From positions 256,001-320,000 of the forward strand of contig CAVUXE010000053.1 of the NCBI GenBank assembly GCA_963745235.1: DNA of 64,000 nucleotides, given 5' to 3'. Made by a program: the position numbers and the translations under genes. This DNA is from an uncultured Spirochaetota bacterium (GTDB lineage: Bacteria; Spirochaetota; Spirochaetia; SZUA-6; Fen-1364). Below the pieces are notes generated by a model. It was not told the DNA's origin. It made no database searches and worked only from the letters and a program-made list of their open reading frames with translations. This document shows, in pieces, positions 40,181 to 49,651 of the stretch. Numbering within the stretch: the stretch's first letter is position 1; each line of letters opens with the position of its first letter.

Positions 40181-41188
40181 ATGGACAGGAACGAGCTCAT
40201 CGTGGTGGCAGGCGCGGGCGGCTTCATTGCCGGCGCCCTGGTCAGCTATTTTCATGACCGCGGTTTTGCCAGGATCAGGGCGGTGGACAAGAAGCCTCTT
40301 TCCCAATGGTACCAGCGCACCCCAGGCGTGGAGAACCTCTGCCTGGACCTGAGCCAGGAGGACAATTGCCGCACGGCAGTTGCAGGGGCTGCGGAGGTCT
40401 ACAACCTGGCCGCTGACATGGGCGGCATGGGCTTCATTGAACGCCACCGCGTGGAATGCCTGCGCAGCGTCCTGATCAACACGCACCTTGTCGAGTCGGC
40501 GTGGAAAGCAGGAGCGCAGCGCTACTTCTTCTCCTCCTCCGCGTGCGCGTACAACACCGATCTGCAGAAAGACCCGAATGTGCGCGCGTTGAAGGAGACC
40601 GACGCGTATCCGGCCATGGCGGAGCGCGGCTACGGCTGGGAAAAGCTCATATCGGAGATCTTCTGCCAGGAGTACAGCGCGGAAAGGGGCCTTGCAACCT
40701 TCATCGCCCGGTTCCACAACGTGTACGGGCCGTTCGGCACCTGGGACGGCGGCCGGGAGAAAGCGCCGGCTGCAATCTGCCGCAAGGTCATTGAGGCGAA
40801 GGATCGCAACGCGAAAGAGATCATGATCTGGGGGGACGGCACGCAGACTCGCAGCTTCATGTACATCGACGATTGCACGAAGGGAATCGACACCATCATG
40901 CACTGCGACGCGCTTCGCGCCACGCCGATCAACCTCGGGTCCTCGGAGCTGGTCTCCATCAACGACCTGGTGGGCATTGTCGAGACCATTGGAGGCGTGA
41001 AGCTCACCCGCCGCTATGATCCGACGGCACCCCGCGGAGTGGCGGGCCGCAACAGCGACAACACGATGATCCACAAGGTCCTCGGTTGGGAGCCGGATAC
41101 CTCGCTCAAGGACGGCCTGGCAAAGACCTACCGCTGGATCGAGCAGCAGTACGGCGATCGCAAGGCCGGAAAGCACACGGTGAGCTAG
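40181..41188 (+). CDS. NAD-dependent epimerase, GDP-mannose 3,5-epimerase-like
   Basis: GAGGFIA, NLAADMGGMGFI, SSSACAY, YGWEK, RFHNVYGPFGTWDGGREKAPAAICRK. Confidence 0.88.
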   Translation: MDRNELIVVAGAGGFIAGALVSYFHDRGFARIRAVDKKPLSQWYQRTPGVENLCLDLSQEDNCRTAVAGAAEVYNLAADMGGMGFIERHRVECLRSVLINTHLVESAWKAGAQRYFFSSSACAYNTDLQKDPNVRALKETDAYPAMAERGYGWEKLISEIFCQEYSAERGLATFIARFHNVYGPFGTWDGGREKAPAAICRKVIEAKDRNAKEIMIWGDGTQTRSFMYIDDCTKGIDTIMHCDALRATPINLGSSELVSINDLVGIVETIGGVKLTRRYDPTAPRGVAGRNSDNTMIHKVLGWEPDTSLKDGLAKTYRWIEQQYGDRKAGKHTVS

Positions 41189-41192
41189 GGCC

Positions 41193-41984
41193 ATGGCGAA
41201 GGAGCTGGGCCAGATCATCGGACCCATGCCATATCGCATGGCGTTCGCAGGCGGTTGGATCGACCAGCCTTTTGTCTCCCGGCTGAACCCCGAGCCCCCG
41301 GGCTCAATGGTGACCGTGGCCGTCGAGCCCACCTTCCGCTGGATGGACCGATGCGGCATGGCAACCTCCACCCGCGGCGTTGCGCTTCGTCACTGGGGGG
41401 GCCGAATGCCGCGCGGGGACCCGCGGCGGCTCGTGCGGGAGCTCTACGAAGCGGAAAACAAGGGAAAGGCCGACCCTTCCGGAAGCCAGGACATGGTGGG
41501 CCTGCTGTATCCGGGCATCTGTCGGCTGGACTACGACGCATCCGCTGAGGGGGGCGTGTTCCCTGTCGAGATCGAGACATGTACCGATCCGGCTGTCGCC
41601 CGCTGGCTGGAGCGGACCATCAAGGTTCTTCCCGTGGCTCCGCGACCTGCCGACTACGAGCCGCTGGCGGCGCAGAACCTCGACCCTGCGTGGATCGCCA
41701 GGCTGGGGAAATCCGGACGCGCCTGCTGGGATGCCATTCTTGGCATGGACGCGGCCGGTCTTGGCGAATCGATGAACGAGTGCATGAGATGCTGGGAGGC
41801 CCTGCTTCCCCACGTGGTGCGGCCTCCGGGCTCCTCCATCGACCTGACGGGGCTTCTCGCTTACTACCAGGGTATCAGCCATGGCGCCATGTTCTCAGGG
41901 TGCGGCGGCGGATATTTCTACGTCGTCAGCGAGGCTCCCGTGCCCGGCACGTTCCCGGTGCAGGTCCGTGCTCGGACCCCGTAA
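41193..41984 (+). CDS. divergent GHMP-kinase-like protein
   Basis: PYRMAFAGGWID, GSQD, SGCGGGYF; canonical PxGxGLGSS replaced by RCGMATS. Confidence 0.6.
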   Translation: MAKELGQIIGPMPYRMAFAGGWIDQPFVSRLNPEPPGSMVTVAVEPTFRWMDRCGMATSTRGVALRHWGGRMPRGDPRRLVRELYEAENKGKADPSGSQDMVGLLYPGICRLDYDASAEGGVFPVEIETCTDPAVARWLERTIKVLPVAPRPADYEPLAAQNLDPAWIARLGKSGRACWDAILGMDAAGLGESMNECMRCWEALLPHVVRPPGSSIDLTGLLAYYQGISHGAMFSGCGGGYFYVVSEAPVPGTFPVQVRARTP

Positions 41985-41989
41985 CCGCC

Positions 41990-43732
41990 TCACGCTCCTC
42001 CCCACAGCCTGCGAAGCAGGTGGGCGGCCATCTTCGGCCGTCGGTCCCGCGTGAAGACGCCCTTGAGGTTCATGCCGCCGAACCGGTGGACGGCCTGGCC
42101 GGTCTTGAAGTCGGCCAGGTTCCACACGTGGTGACCGACGACCCAGGGCTTTGAGCGCAGGACCTCGATGTAGCGCTCCAGGAACTGCACCTGGTACTCC
42201 TCGGAGAACATTTCCGGCGGCTCGGCGTGCCATCCAGCCACCGTGTCTGCGCCGAACTCCGAGAGAATGATCGGCTTTCCAAACTTGGCGTGCAGGGCAT
42301 CGAGCTCCTGGGAGAGACGCGCGCATCCCTCCTCGATTCTTCCCCCCTCCGTGTACCAGCCATAGTAGCGGTTGAGGCAGAGAAGGTCGCAGAATGCAAA
42401 AGCTTCCTCGTCGGTCCCGACATGACTCACCACGGTGACGGGCCGCGACGTATCAAGAGACCTCGCAACATCTATGAGACTGCGAAGGAACGGCCCCGCG
42501 GCCGGCCTTCGCGAGTGCGGCTCATTGGCGACGCTCCAGGCGATGACAGAGGGGTGGTTCCTGTCACGCTGGATCAGGTCGCGAAGGTAGGCGGCGCACA
42601 GCTCTTGCCTTCGGTCCAGGCCTTCTTCAGCAAAGAACAGCCCGACAGCGGGAATCTCGTCGATCACGAGGAAACCCAGCCGGTCTGCAAGATCCATCAT
42701 CTCCTCGGAATAGGGATAGTGCGTCGTTCGAAAGGAGTTCGCCCCTGTCCAGCGCATGATGTCGAAGTCCCGCACGATCAGGGGCGGGAGGATGCCGCGT
42801 CCGGTGACGGGGAAATCTTCGTGTCGTCCGAACCCCTTGAGAAGAATCGGAGCGCCGTTCAGAAGCAGGCTGTCTCCGCGTACCTCCACGGTGCGGATGC
42901 CGACAGGAAGCGCATACGAATCAAATGCGGCGTCGCCGCGAAGAAGAGTGATATCGAGCTCGTAGAGGTTCGGGGATTCGCAGGACCAGAGGGAGGGGTT
43001 CCTCACGCGGACCTCCACGGCCGCTTTGCCGGAGGAAATATCCGCGTCAGCGCCGAGAATCGCGCCCTGTCCGGCCAGCGTTACCCGCGCCTTTGTCCCC
43101 TGGCCTTTGCCCGCCGCGAGCCTCACCTCCAGGGACGCCCCGGCGTCCGACAGTGATGTGTGGACTTCTATTGCCGTGAGACCGGTCCTGGGCACCAGGC
43201 AGAGACGCACGGGTCGATGAATCCCGCAGAACGGGAAAAAGTCGAAGGAACCGTTCGGATACGGGGGGGTGGAGGGAAAGCCGTCCAGGGGATTCTGCGG
43301 TACCTCGCCGGGCGGGACCCGGTCCATGGCCAGTGTCCCGTCCACGCGGACCACAAGTACGTTGCGCCCCGGCTGAACTGCTTTCGTAACATCGAAGGAA
43401 AAGGGCAGGTGACCGCCTTCGTGCTCACCGAGCTCCCTGCCGTTGAGCCAGACCTTTGCCAGGTAATTCACCGAATCGAATCTCAGGAGAAGCTGCCCTT
43501 CGCCCCATGCAGCCGGTACCGTGAATGCCGTCGAATACCAGGCCGGCCCCAGAAAATCTCGAAGCCCCGCGAGCTGATCGTTCCAGCTTGCGGGAACCGC
43601 GATAGGGACGCCGCCAGGGAAGCCCTGGCTCCAGCCCGTTCCTGTCCCGCTGTCCTGAGGGTCCGGGAGAAAATCCCAGAACCCCGACAGGTCAATGAGC
43701 TGGCGGAACTGGTTGACGCGCGGGTACAGCAT
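41990..43732 (-). CDS. uidA: beta-glucuronidase (GH2)
   Basis: GFGRHED, NSFRTTHYPY, WSVANEP, YYGWY, SEFGAD, WNLADF, NLKG (N-K motif). Confidence 0.9.
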   Translation of the reverse strand: MLYPRVNQFRQLIDLSGFWDFLPDPQDSGTGTGWSQGFPGGVPIAVPASWNDQLAGLRDFLGPAWYSTAFTVPAAWGEGQLLLRFDSVNYLAKVWLNGRELGEHEGGHLPFSFDVTKAVQPGRNVLVVRVDGTLAMDRVPPGEVPQNPLDGFPSTPPYPNGSFDFFPFCGIHRPVRLCLVPRTGLTAIEVHTSLSDAGASLEVRLAAGKGQGTKARVTLAGQGAILGADADISSGKAAVEVRVRNPSLWSCESPNLYELDITLLRGDAAFDSYALPVGIRTVEVRGDSLLLNGAPILLKGFGRHEDFPVTGRGILPPLIVRDFDIMRWTGANSFRTTHYPYSEEMMDLADRLGFLVIDEIPAVGLFFAEEGLDRRQELCAAYLRDLIQRDRNHPSVIAWSVANEPHSRRPAAGPFLRSLIDVARSLDTSRPVTVVSHVGTDEEAFAFCDLLCLNRYYGWYTEGGRIEEGCARLSQELDALHAKFGKPIILSEFGADTVAGWHAEPPEMFSEEYQVQFLERYIEVLRSKPWVVGHHVWNLADFKTGQAVHRFGGMNLKGVFTRDRRPKMAAHLLRRLWGGA

Positions 43733-43835
43733 CCGAATCCTCCTAAGGCCGGGGAAGGCCGGTGCGGGTGAAGGTCACCGTCGCCAGCACTCTACCACCT
43801 TCGAGAACGAGGAGGCAACGATTATGGGGCGGCGA

Positions 43836-45029
43836 TTATGGGGCGGGGTCCACGCCTCCCAGCAGGAAGCGTGCGCCGTTCTGAGGATCGAACGAACGGA
43901 CTGTCGGAGTGGCGTTATCCATCCAGAGGTCCGCGCCCGTGGATGTCTCGGCGCCCGCCGGAGCCGCGTCCAGGTCATAAAGGTACGTGCCACGACACGT
44001 CGCAGCGGTATTTGTGGCCAGAATGCTGCCGCCAGGATTGTACGTGGTGAACCGGAATCCCATGCCATTGTTCCCGTCTATGTTGTTGTTCGTCACCACC
44101 AGTTTGCCGTAATTGCCGCTGCTCGTGATGTACAGGAAGATCTGTCCGACCGGTATCTGGCTCCCGTTGCTGTTGTTGATTGTGCTGGACGTCATCTGTG
44201 AGCTCTCCAGCGCGATCTCCGGCCAGGTGATGGTGGCGTACGAGGTCAGGTTGTCGACCGTGTATGCGCCGTTTGACGTGACGCTGTCGATCATCTGGCC
44301 ATGAATGGCCACGGCCGCAATGGCGCCAGGCATCGCAAGCGATATTGCCCCCGAGTATTGGGTAGTGCCAGGCTGGCCAGGAACGGGAAGCGGCGCGGGA
44401 CCGGTCCCGCTTGCCGTTGTGTAGTAGATCGTGGAACCCGCCGTTGCCGACGAGAGGGTTACACTCACGGGAGTCCTGACGTAGGCCCCGGCGGGAGGAC
44501 TCAAGACGGGCGCAGCCGCCTGCGGATACTGCACTGTCACCTTTGCACTCGATACCGTGCTTGGCATCATGTTCGGGCCAATGGCAATTGCCTTGATGGT
44601 CATGGCAATTGAAGAATTGGAGACCGTCGGGCTGGCCAGGGAAACCGTTATGCTGGAGGAATACTTGTTCGTCGTGGAGGAGCGCGGGTCGGGGTTCGAC
44701 CCATCCGTGGTGTAGTAGATCACCGAGCCCACCGTGCTCGTCTGAAGAGTGATCTGCGTGTCAGCCGTGGTTGTGGCAGTCCCTCCGCTTTGAAGCGTAC
44801 CGCTTCCGCCGCTCGAGGAGTAGGAAACGCCTGGCGCAGCAGTGATGGACGGAGTTGACGGGTCCACCGTTCCCGAGTTGCCCGACCATCCCTGGCGTGT
44901 GTACTGGAACGGCTGTGGACATCCGATGACGGCCGCCAGGAACGCAAGGGCAATCAGGCCCCGCAGCGCCCGCACTGCTGTGCGTTTCTCAGGAGGGATG
45001 TCGGTCGTTGACCTGCACATTTCTTCCAT
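43836..45029 (-). CDS. surface lipoprotein with chitobiase/beta-hexosaminidase C-terminal (Fn3-associated) repeats
   Basis: lipobox VIGC; two IYYTT-type repeats (IYYTTDGSNP, IYYTTASG); Ser/Thr-rich. Confidence 0.82.
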   Translation of the reverse strand: MEEMCRSTTDIPPEKRTAVRALRGLIALAFLAAVIGCPQPFQYTRQGWSGNSGTVDPSTPSITAAPGVSYSSSGGSGTLQSGGTATTTADTQITLQTSTVGSVIYYTTDGSNPDPRSSTTNKYSSSITVSLASPTVSNSSIAMTIKAIAIGPNMMPSTVSSAKVTVQYPQAAAPVLSPPAGAYVRTPVSVTLSSATAGSTIYYTTASGTGPAPLPVPGQPGTTQYSGAISLAMPGAIAAVAIHGQMIDSVTSNGAYTVDNLTSYATITWPEIALESSQMTSSTINNSNGSQIPVGQIFLYITSSGNYGKLVVTNNNIDGNNGMGFRFTTYNPGGSILATNTAATCRGTYLYDLDAAPAGAETSTGADLWMDNATPTVRSFDPQNGARFLLGGVDPAP

Positions 45030-45088
45030 ATTAAGACCGCCGCTGCGATTATTGTATTGTATCCCGGCGCGCGCGGGAATTCCACTAA

Positions 45089-45640
45089 TTAGTGCGGGTT
45101 TGCCGGCGGATCACCGACCTGCGAGGCCGGAAACACCGGCCCTTCGGCGGGGGAAAGGAGGAATACCGTGGCGCCGGCCGGGACCTCCATCGGTCCATCC
45201 CGAGCCCCGTTCACCACGACACGCCCGGATTCCGCGGTCAACGCTCCGTCCCTCAGGGCGGCTGAGCCGTTCTCGATATGAATTACCATCCCTCGAAACT
45301 GGATCTCGTAGACAACGCTCCCGGAATCCACCTTCACGCCGCCGGATTCCAGTGACAGCCGAACCGCTGCAGGCCCCACGTCGAGCACCGTGAGATGGGT
45401 GAGCTGCTCGACGGTCACGACGCTGTCGTTGTACCCCAGCGTCGCGGTTGCGGCGAGCCAGGAGGTCACAACGGCGCCGGCCGGCAGCTGTCGCCCGACG
45501 ACCGCCTGGCGCCATCCCAGGTTCGTGAGGAGAGCTTCCACGAACCCGTTGGATTGCTGGACTTCGAGGACCAGGTCCTGGGCGCCCGCCGACGAAAGCC
45601 CGACCAGCAGGACCGAGGCAGCGATTGCGAGCATTTTCAC
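45089..45640 (-). CDS. secreted FecR-like beta protein
   Basis: signal peptide; G.VE..W..A..G..L..G..V....A.A.L....V.VEQLTHL..L..G.V pattern of FecR N-domains. Confidence 0.6.
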   Translation of the reverse strand: MKMLAIAASVLLVGLSSAGAQDLVLEVQQSNGFVEALLTNLGWRQAVVGRQLPAGAVVTSWLAATATLGYNDSVVTVEQLTHLTVLDVGPAAVRLSLESGGVKVDSGSVVYEIQFRGMVIHIENGSAALRDGALTAESGRVVVNGARDGPMEVPAGATVFLLSPAEGPVFPASQVGDPPANPH

Positions 45641-46905
45641 AGGGACATCCCGGCTTCCAGCCGAAGGTACGGGAGGATCATGGTTGCCGCGATCAACGCC
45701 CCGCCGCGGGCCTGGAGGCGAATGCCGTCCATGGGCGAAAGTCCGGCGGAAACCTCCAGCTCCGTGCCCACGTAGGGCCCCCCGAGGGAAAAACTGTACG
45801 CAGGAGACTGCGACTCGCTGGGACGCAGGAGCAGGCGGGTGGTGAAAGCCGGAAGAAGGACTGCACTCGCGGGGGCCGCCGGCAAGGCCGCATCGATCCC
45901 CAGCTCCAGACGAACGATGTCGCTCAGGCCGACGGAGTAGGAATCACTCACGGGAGGTCCCGCAAGGGCCGGGAATCCCGCAAGCGGCCCGCCCGGGCTG
46001 CTTGCCCAGAGCACTGAGAACCATGCCTCGTGGAGGAAGCTGACGGGGACCCGCCAGGCAACCAGCTCCCGAATCAGGAGGCCCACGCCCGCCGACGCCG
46101 CGGAAGGCACCGCGACACCTGTGACGAGCGCGCTTTCCTGGCGGAACCCCTGCGCAATGGGTCCGCTTACCTGCAGCCCGGCATACCAGCTGTCGAACGT
46201 GGAAGAGCCGCCGCGGAAGTCCTTCTGGCCGATCCCGAACAGGCCGATCCGCTGCCCGGCGAACGGGTTGTCCGTCTCCAGGCGCAGGACAGCCAGGCCC
46301 CGCGGAGGGGCGAAGTAGATCGAGCTGTCGGCAAGATCCGCTTCGTCCTGCGCCGTGAAGAGGATGCGGTTCAGCCGCTTGTCCAGAAGCCCCAGGTATC
46401 CGACGCCGAGGGAACCGTAGAAGCCCTGGAACCGGGCTTCGAACATGAGGCCGTCAGCGAGCTGGCTCGGGTAGAGGGCCGTCGGGTTGTCCAGAAGAAG
46501 CCCCGTGGGCTCATCCAGGGGAATCCGGCCCGCGCTGGCGCGAAGCCACAACCCGATGAGCCGGGGCGGCGGAAGCTCGAAGGTGATCCGGCTCACCGTC
46601 GGGTAGGCGGTCACCGCCGCGACAGAGGGCGAGCCGGATGCAATCTGCTGCGGCGCGTAGCGCAGCTGACCGCTCAGCGAGTAGCTCATGAGCCCGCGCC
46701 CGGCCGCGTGGGCAACCTCGAAGCCCAGGGAGAACGCGTCCTGGGAGTCAATGGCAGGCCCGGCGCCTGCGCTGGCCAACGTGCCAATTGTCTGAAGCGA
46801 TGCGCCCCAGCCGAAAGTCGGCTGCGCTTGCGCAGCCGCAACGGCGGCCGGCAGCGCAAGGAGCAGCAAGGGAAGGCAGTGCCGGCGGAAAGACCCCGCG
46901 CTCAC
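45637..46905 (-). CDS. hypothetical outer-membrane beta-barrel protein
   Basis: signal peptide; alternating amphipathic strands (GTELEVSAG, IRLQARGG, YLRLEAGMSL terminus). Confidence 0.6.
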   Translation of the reverse strand: MSAGSFRRHCLPLLLLALPAAVAAAQAQPTFGWGASLQTIGTLASAGAGPAIDSQDAFSLGFEVAHAAGRGLMSYSLSGQLRYAPQQIASGSPSVAAVTAYPTVSRITFELPPPRLIGLWLRASAGRIPLDEPTGLLLDNPTALYPSQLADGLMFEARFQGFYGSLGVGYLGLLDKRLNRILFTAQDEADLADSSIYFAPPRGLAVLRLETDNPFAGQRIGLFGIGQKDFRGGSSTFDSWYAGLQVSGPIAQGFRQESALVTGVAVPSAASAGVGLLIRELVAWRVPVSFLHEAWFSVLWASSPGGPLAGFPALAGPPVSDSYSVGLSDIVRLELGIDAALPAAPASAVLLPAFTTRLLLRPSESQSPAYSFSLGGPYVGTELEVSAGLSPMDGIRLQARGGALIAATMILPYLRLEAGMSL

Positions 46906-47348
46906 CGTTTCTCCTCGACTACTCGACGCAGGAGCATGAGGGCATCCACACCGCTTACCGGGTTGCCGGGCCGGGCGCGCCGCGGGATCAGGCCCCGGGC
47001 CTGGAGCTCGTCGAACGCCGAACGGGGTCCCGGGAAAAGGCCATACGCTACGCTGCCGCGCAGGTCGAAGAGCTGGGTGATCAGAAACGCATAGCCGCCA
47101 TACGTGATGGGTGATTCGTCAGGGGCAGACGGAAGCCGTATTCCGAGCTTCTGGAGCGTTGTCCTGGCTTCTTCTGGACTGATCTCCGGACGGAGGCTGC
47201 CGGATGTCGCGCCGACCAGCCGGATCGAGCTCCCGATGGTAAGCCATTCCTCCCCCGCTGCCGTATGCAGGATTGTGCCGTACTGTGCGAAGAGATTGGC
47301 GCTGACTGCGGTGAGGAGAGCGACCACGGCGAGCACGACACGCTTCAT
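46902..47348 (-). CDS. exported hypothetical protein (SLH-like helical motif)
   Basis: signal peptide ending LFAQ; PITYGGYAFLI, FPGPRSAFDEL, VSGVDALMLL. Confidence 0.65.
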   Translation of the reverse strand: MKRVVLAVVALLTAVSANLFAQYGTILHTAAGEEWLTIGSSIRLVGATSGSLRPEISPEEARTTLQKLGIRLPSAPDESPITYGGYAFLITQLFDLRGSVAYGLFPGPRSAFDELQARGLIPRRARPGNPVSGVDALMLLRRVVEEKR

Positions 47349-47449
47349 CCGCGGCAGTGTATCCCGGAGCTTTTCTTTTCGCAACCAGCGGCTCTGTTTG
47401 ACTCCGGTGGCCTATTCCAGTACAACTTATGAGAAGGGAGCGGAGGGAC

Positions 47450-49636
47450 ATGGCGGACAAGCGCGCGGATTTTCCCGCCCTCGACAACGAGGCGGGCATC
47501 ACTCCAGTCGAACGGGATGAGATCAGGACGCACATCGAGAAAGTCGCCACGGAAAACCGCATCCCGGTCGAGGCGGCGCAGTTCTCCCTCACCGGTGCCC
47601 GACGCGGCCTCCTCCTTCCTTTCATCGTGAACGCCGGCGCCGCCGTGGTGATCGTGGCGGTCATTCTGGTGATCACTCTGGTATTCCACAGGGACGAGCG
47701 AAGGCTGCAGACGCAGGCCACGCAGTATGCCAGCGTGGAGGGGAAGCTCATCCGTGAGCTCCGCCAGCAGTCCACGCAGGAGCTGAGCTCGAAAGAGAGG
47801 GAGATCGAGGAGGTCAGAAACAAGGTCCGCGAGCTGGAGCAGCAGCAGAAGACCCTCGCAGAAACCTATGCGCAGAAGCTGAAGGCAAAAGAAGAGGAGC
47901 TGCGCCAGAAGCAGTCCCAGGACATAGTAACGGAGCGCGCCCGGCTGGTCTCGCAGGGGGTGAGCACGAACGACCTGCAGGTCCGCATGGCGAAGTTCGA
48001 AGCCGAGCGCAAGGCCTACTACGAGCAGCAGCTTGCCGAATACAGAAAGAGCCTGGACGCGGAGCGGGCGCAGTTGGCGGCGGACATCATCCGCCTGCGC
48101 GCGGAGTACGCAACCCGACTCCAGCAGCTGGAGAAAGAGCGGCTCCAGATCGCGACTGACTACCAGCAGCGGGAGACAGCCCTTCGCGTCCAGCTGGAGC
48201 AGAAGACCCAGGTGCTTGAGCGGTTGCGGTCGCAGGGCAGCGTCAACCTCGGGGCCGCTCAGCGGGAGCTGGAGCAGCTGGGGCAGAAGCAGGAGAGCGT
48301 CCAGGCGGTGGAGAACCAGATCGACGGCCAGATCGGACGTATCAACCAGGACATCGGCGCCGGCCAGACCGACGCCGCCCTCAGCGAGGTGCGCGCCCTC
48401 CAGGCCTATCTACGACAGGGAAGTGTCCGCTCGGTTCCGCAGCTCGCAGACAGGGTCACCTCTGAATCCTTCCTCCTTGAGCAGCTCGGGACCTTCCTGG
48501 AGGATCGCCTGAAGGCTCAGTCCCAGTCTACCGGTCAACCCCTCACGGCCGAGCTGGAGCAGCTCGGGAAGATCCACACCCTTTCCCAGCAGGCCGCCGC
48601 AGCCGCCGGCCCCGCCCGGCTTGACGCGTATCGCCAGCTGGTTGCTTCCCTGCCGGAGATGCAGAGCGCAACGTCCGCGCTCGTGGATGCCGCGGTCTCT
48701 CTGGCCGCGGACGATCTGCAGAAGAAAATGCATGACGAAACGGAAAAGAACACGACGGCGGCTGTCTCCCTGATGAGGACCGGCGACTATGCAGGCGCCC
48801 TTGACCAGTACAAGGCGGCCCTCAATGATACCCCGGCCCTCGCCCCGGAATCCTCGCGGCTTCTCACGGACCTCCTCTTCCTCGGGTACCACATCTCCGA
48901 CTACACGCGCACCGGCCAGAAGACAGCCGGCACGGATGAGCTGGCCGCCCAGGCGGGCATTGACCTGCAGGCCGAACGCGAGGCGTTTCTCAAGGCCACC
49001 GGAAGCGCGGTTGGCGAGCAGGCGGCGAACGCACGCGCCGCGGCGGACCAGCAGGTCACCGCTGCCGCGGCCACAGAGGAGCAGAAGCTGAGAAGCCAGC
49101 TGGCTGACGCGCAGTCGCACATTTCCCGGCTGGAGGCGCAGCGGACCCAGGCAGACGCGCAGCACTCCGCGGAGATCGACGCGATTGCAGCGCACCTGAA
49201 GACGACCCGCCAGGACCTCTCGCGCCGCCTGGATGACCTTCTGGCCTTCGAGGGCGAGGTGAATGCCGCCCGCGCGGCGTATACGACATACGTGGCGCAG
49301 GAGAAAACAGCGCGGTCCGCAAACCCGCAGGACCCGGCCACCGCCTCGCGACAGGAGCTCAACAAGTTCCTTCGGGCCCAGCCCGTGCGCACCCTCTTCT
49401 CCGACGTGGCGGACAGGGTCAACGCGCTGTACTCCGTGACGCAGAGCGCCGGGTCCACCGCCGCGCTCGCCGACGCCGCTGACATCATCACGAACGTGGC
49501 CAGACAGCCGACGCTCAAGGCAAGCAGGCAGGAGCTGCAGTTCGAGATCCAGAACGCGCAGAGCAACGACCGCCTGGCCGCCATCCTGACCGCCGTTGAC
49601 GGAGTGCTCGCAAAGGCGCAGGGCAAGAGTCAGTAG
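47450..49636 (+). CDS. single-TM-anchored long coiled-coil protein
   Basis: GGAGG RBS; N-terminal TM (LLLPFIVN..LVF); >300 aa of Q/E/R/K/A heptads; TPR-like GDYAGALDQYK. Confidence 0.8.
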   Translation: MADKRADFPALDNEAGITPVERDEIRTHIEKVATENRIPVEAAQFSLTGARRGLLLPFIVNAGAAVVIVAVILVITLVFHRDERRLQTQATQYASVEGKLIRELRQQSTQELSSKEREIEEVRNKVRELEQQQKTLAETYAQKLKAKEEELRQKQSQDIVTERARLVSQGVSTNDLQVRMAKFEAERKAYYEQQLAEYRKSLDAERAQLAADIIRLRAEYATRLQQLEKERLQIATDYQQRETALRVQLEQKTQVLERLRSQGSVNLGAAQRELEQLGQKQESVQAVENQIDGQIGRINQDIGAGQTDAALSEVRALQAYLRQGSVRSVPQLADRVTSESFLLEQLGTFLEDRLKAQSQSTGQPLTAELEQLGKIHTLSQQAAAAAGPARLDAYRQLVASLPEMQSATSALVDAAVSLAADDLQKKMHDETEKNTTAAVSLMRTGDYAGALDQYKAALNDTPALAPESSRLLTDLLFLGYHISDYTRTGQKTAGTDELAAQAGIDLQAEREAFLKATGSAVGEQAANARAAADQQVTAAAATEEQKLRSQLADAQSHISRLEAQRTQADAQHSAEIDAIAAHLKTTRQDLSRRLDDLLAFEGEVNAARAAYTTYVAQEKTARSANPQDPATASRQELNKFLRAQPVRTLFSDVADRVNALYSVTQSAGSTAALADAADIITNVARQPTLKASRQELQFEIQNAQSNDRLAAILTAVDGVLAKAQGKSQ

Positions 49637-49651
49637 AGGCGGGGCGCGTTT

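Noticed and set aside
47450-49636. SMC, phage tape-measure or chemoreceptor identity for the coiled-coil protein
   Set aside because: No Walker motifs, phage genes or MCP signalling hairpin.
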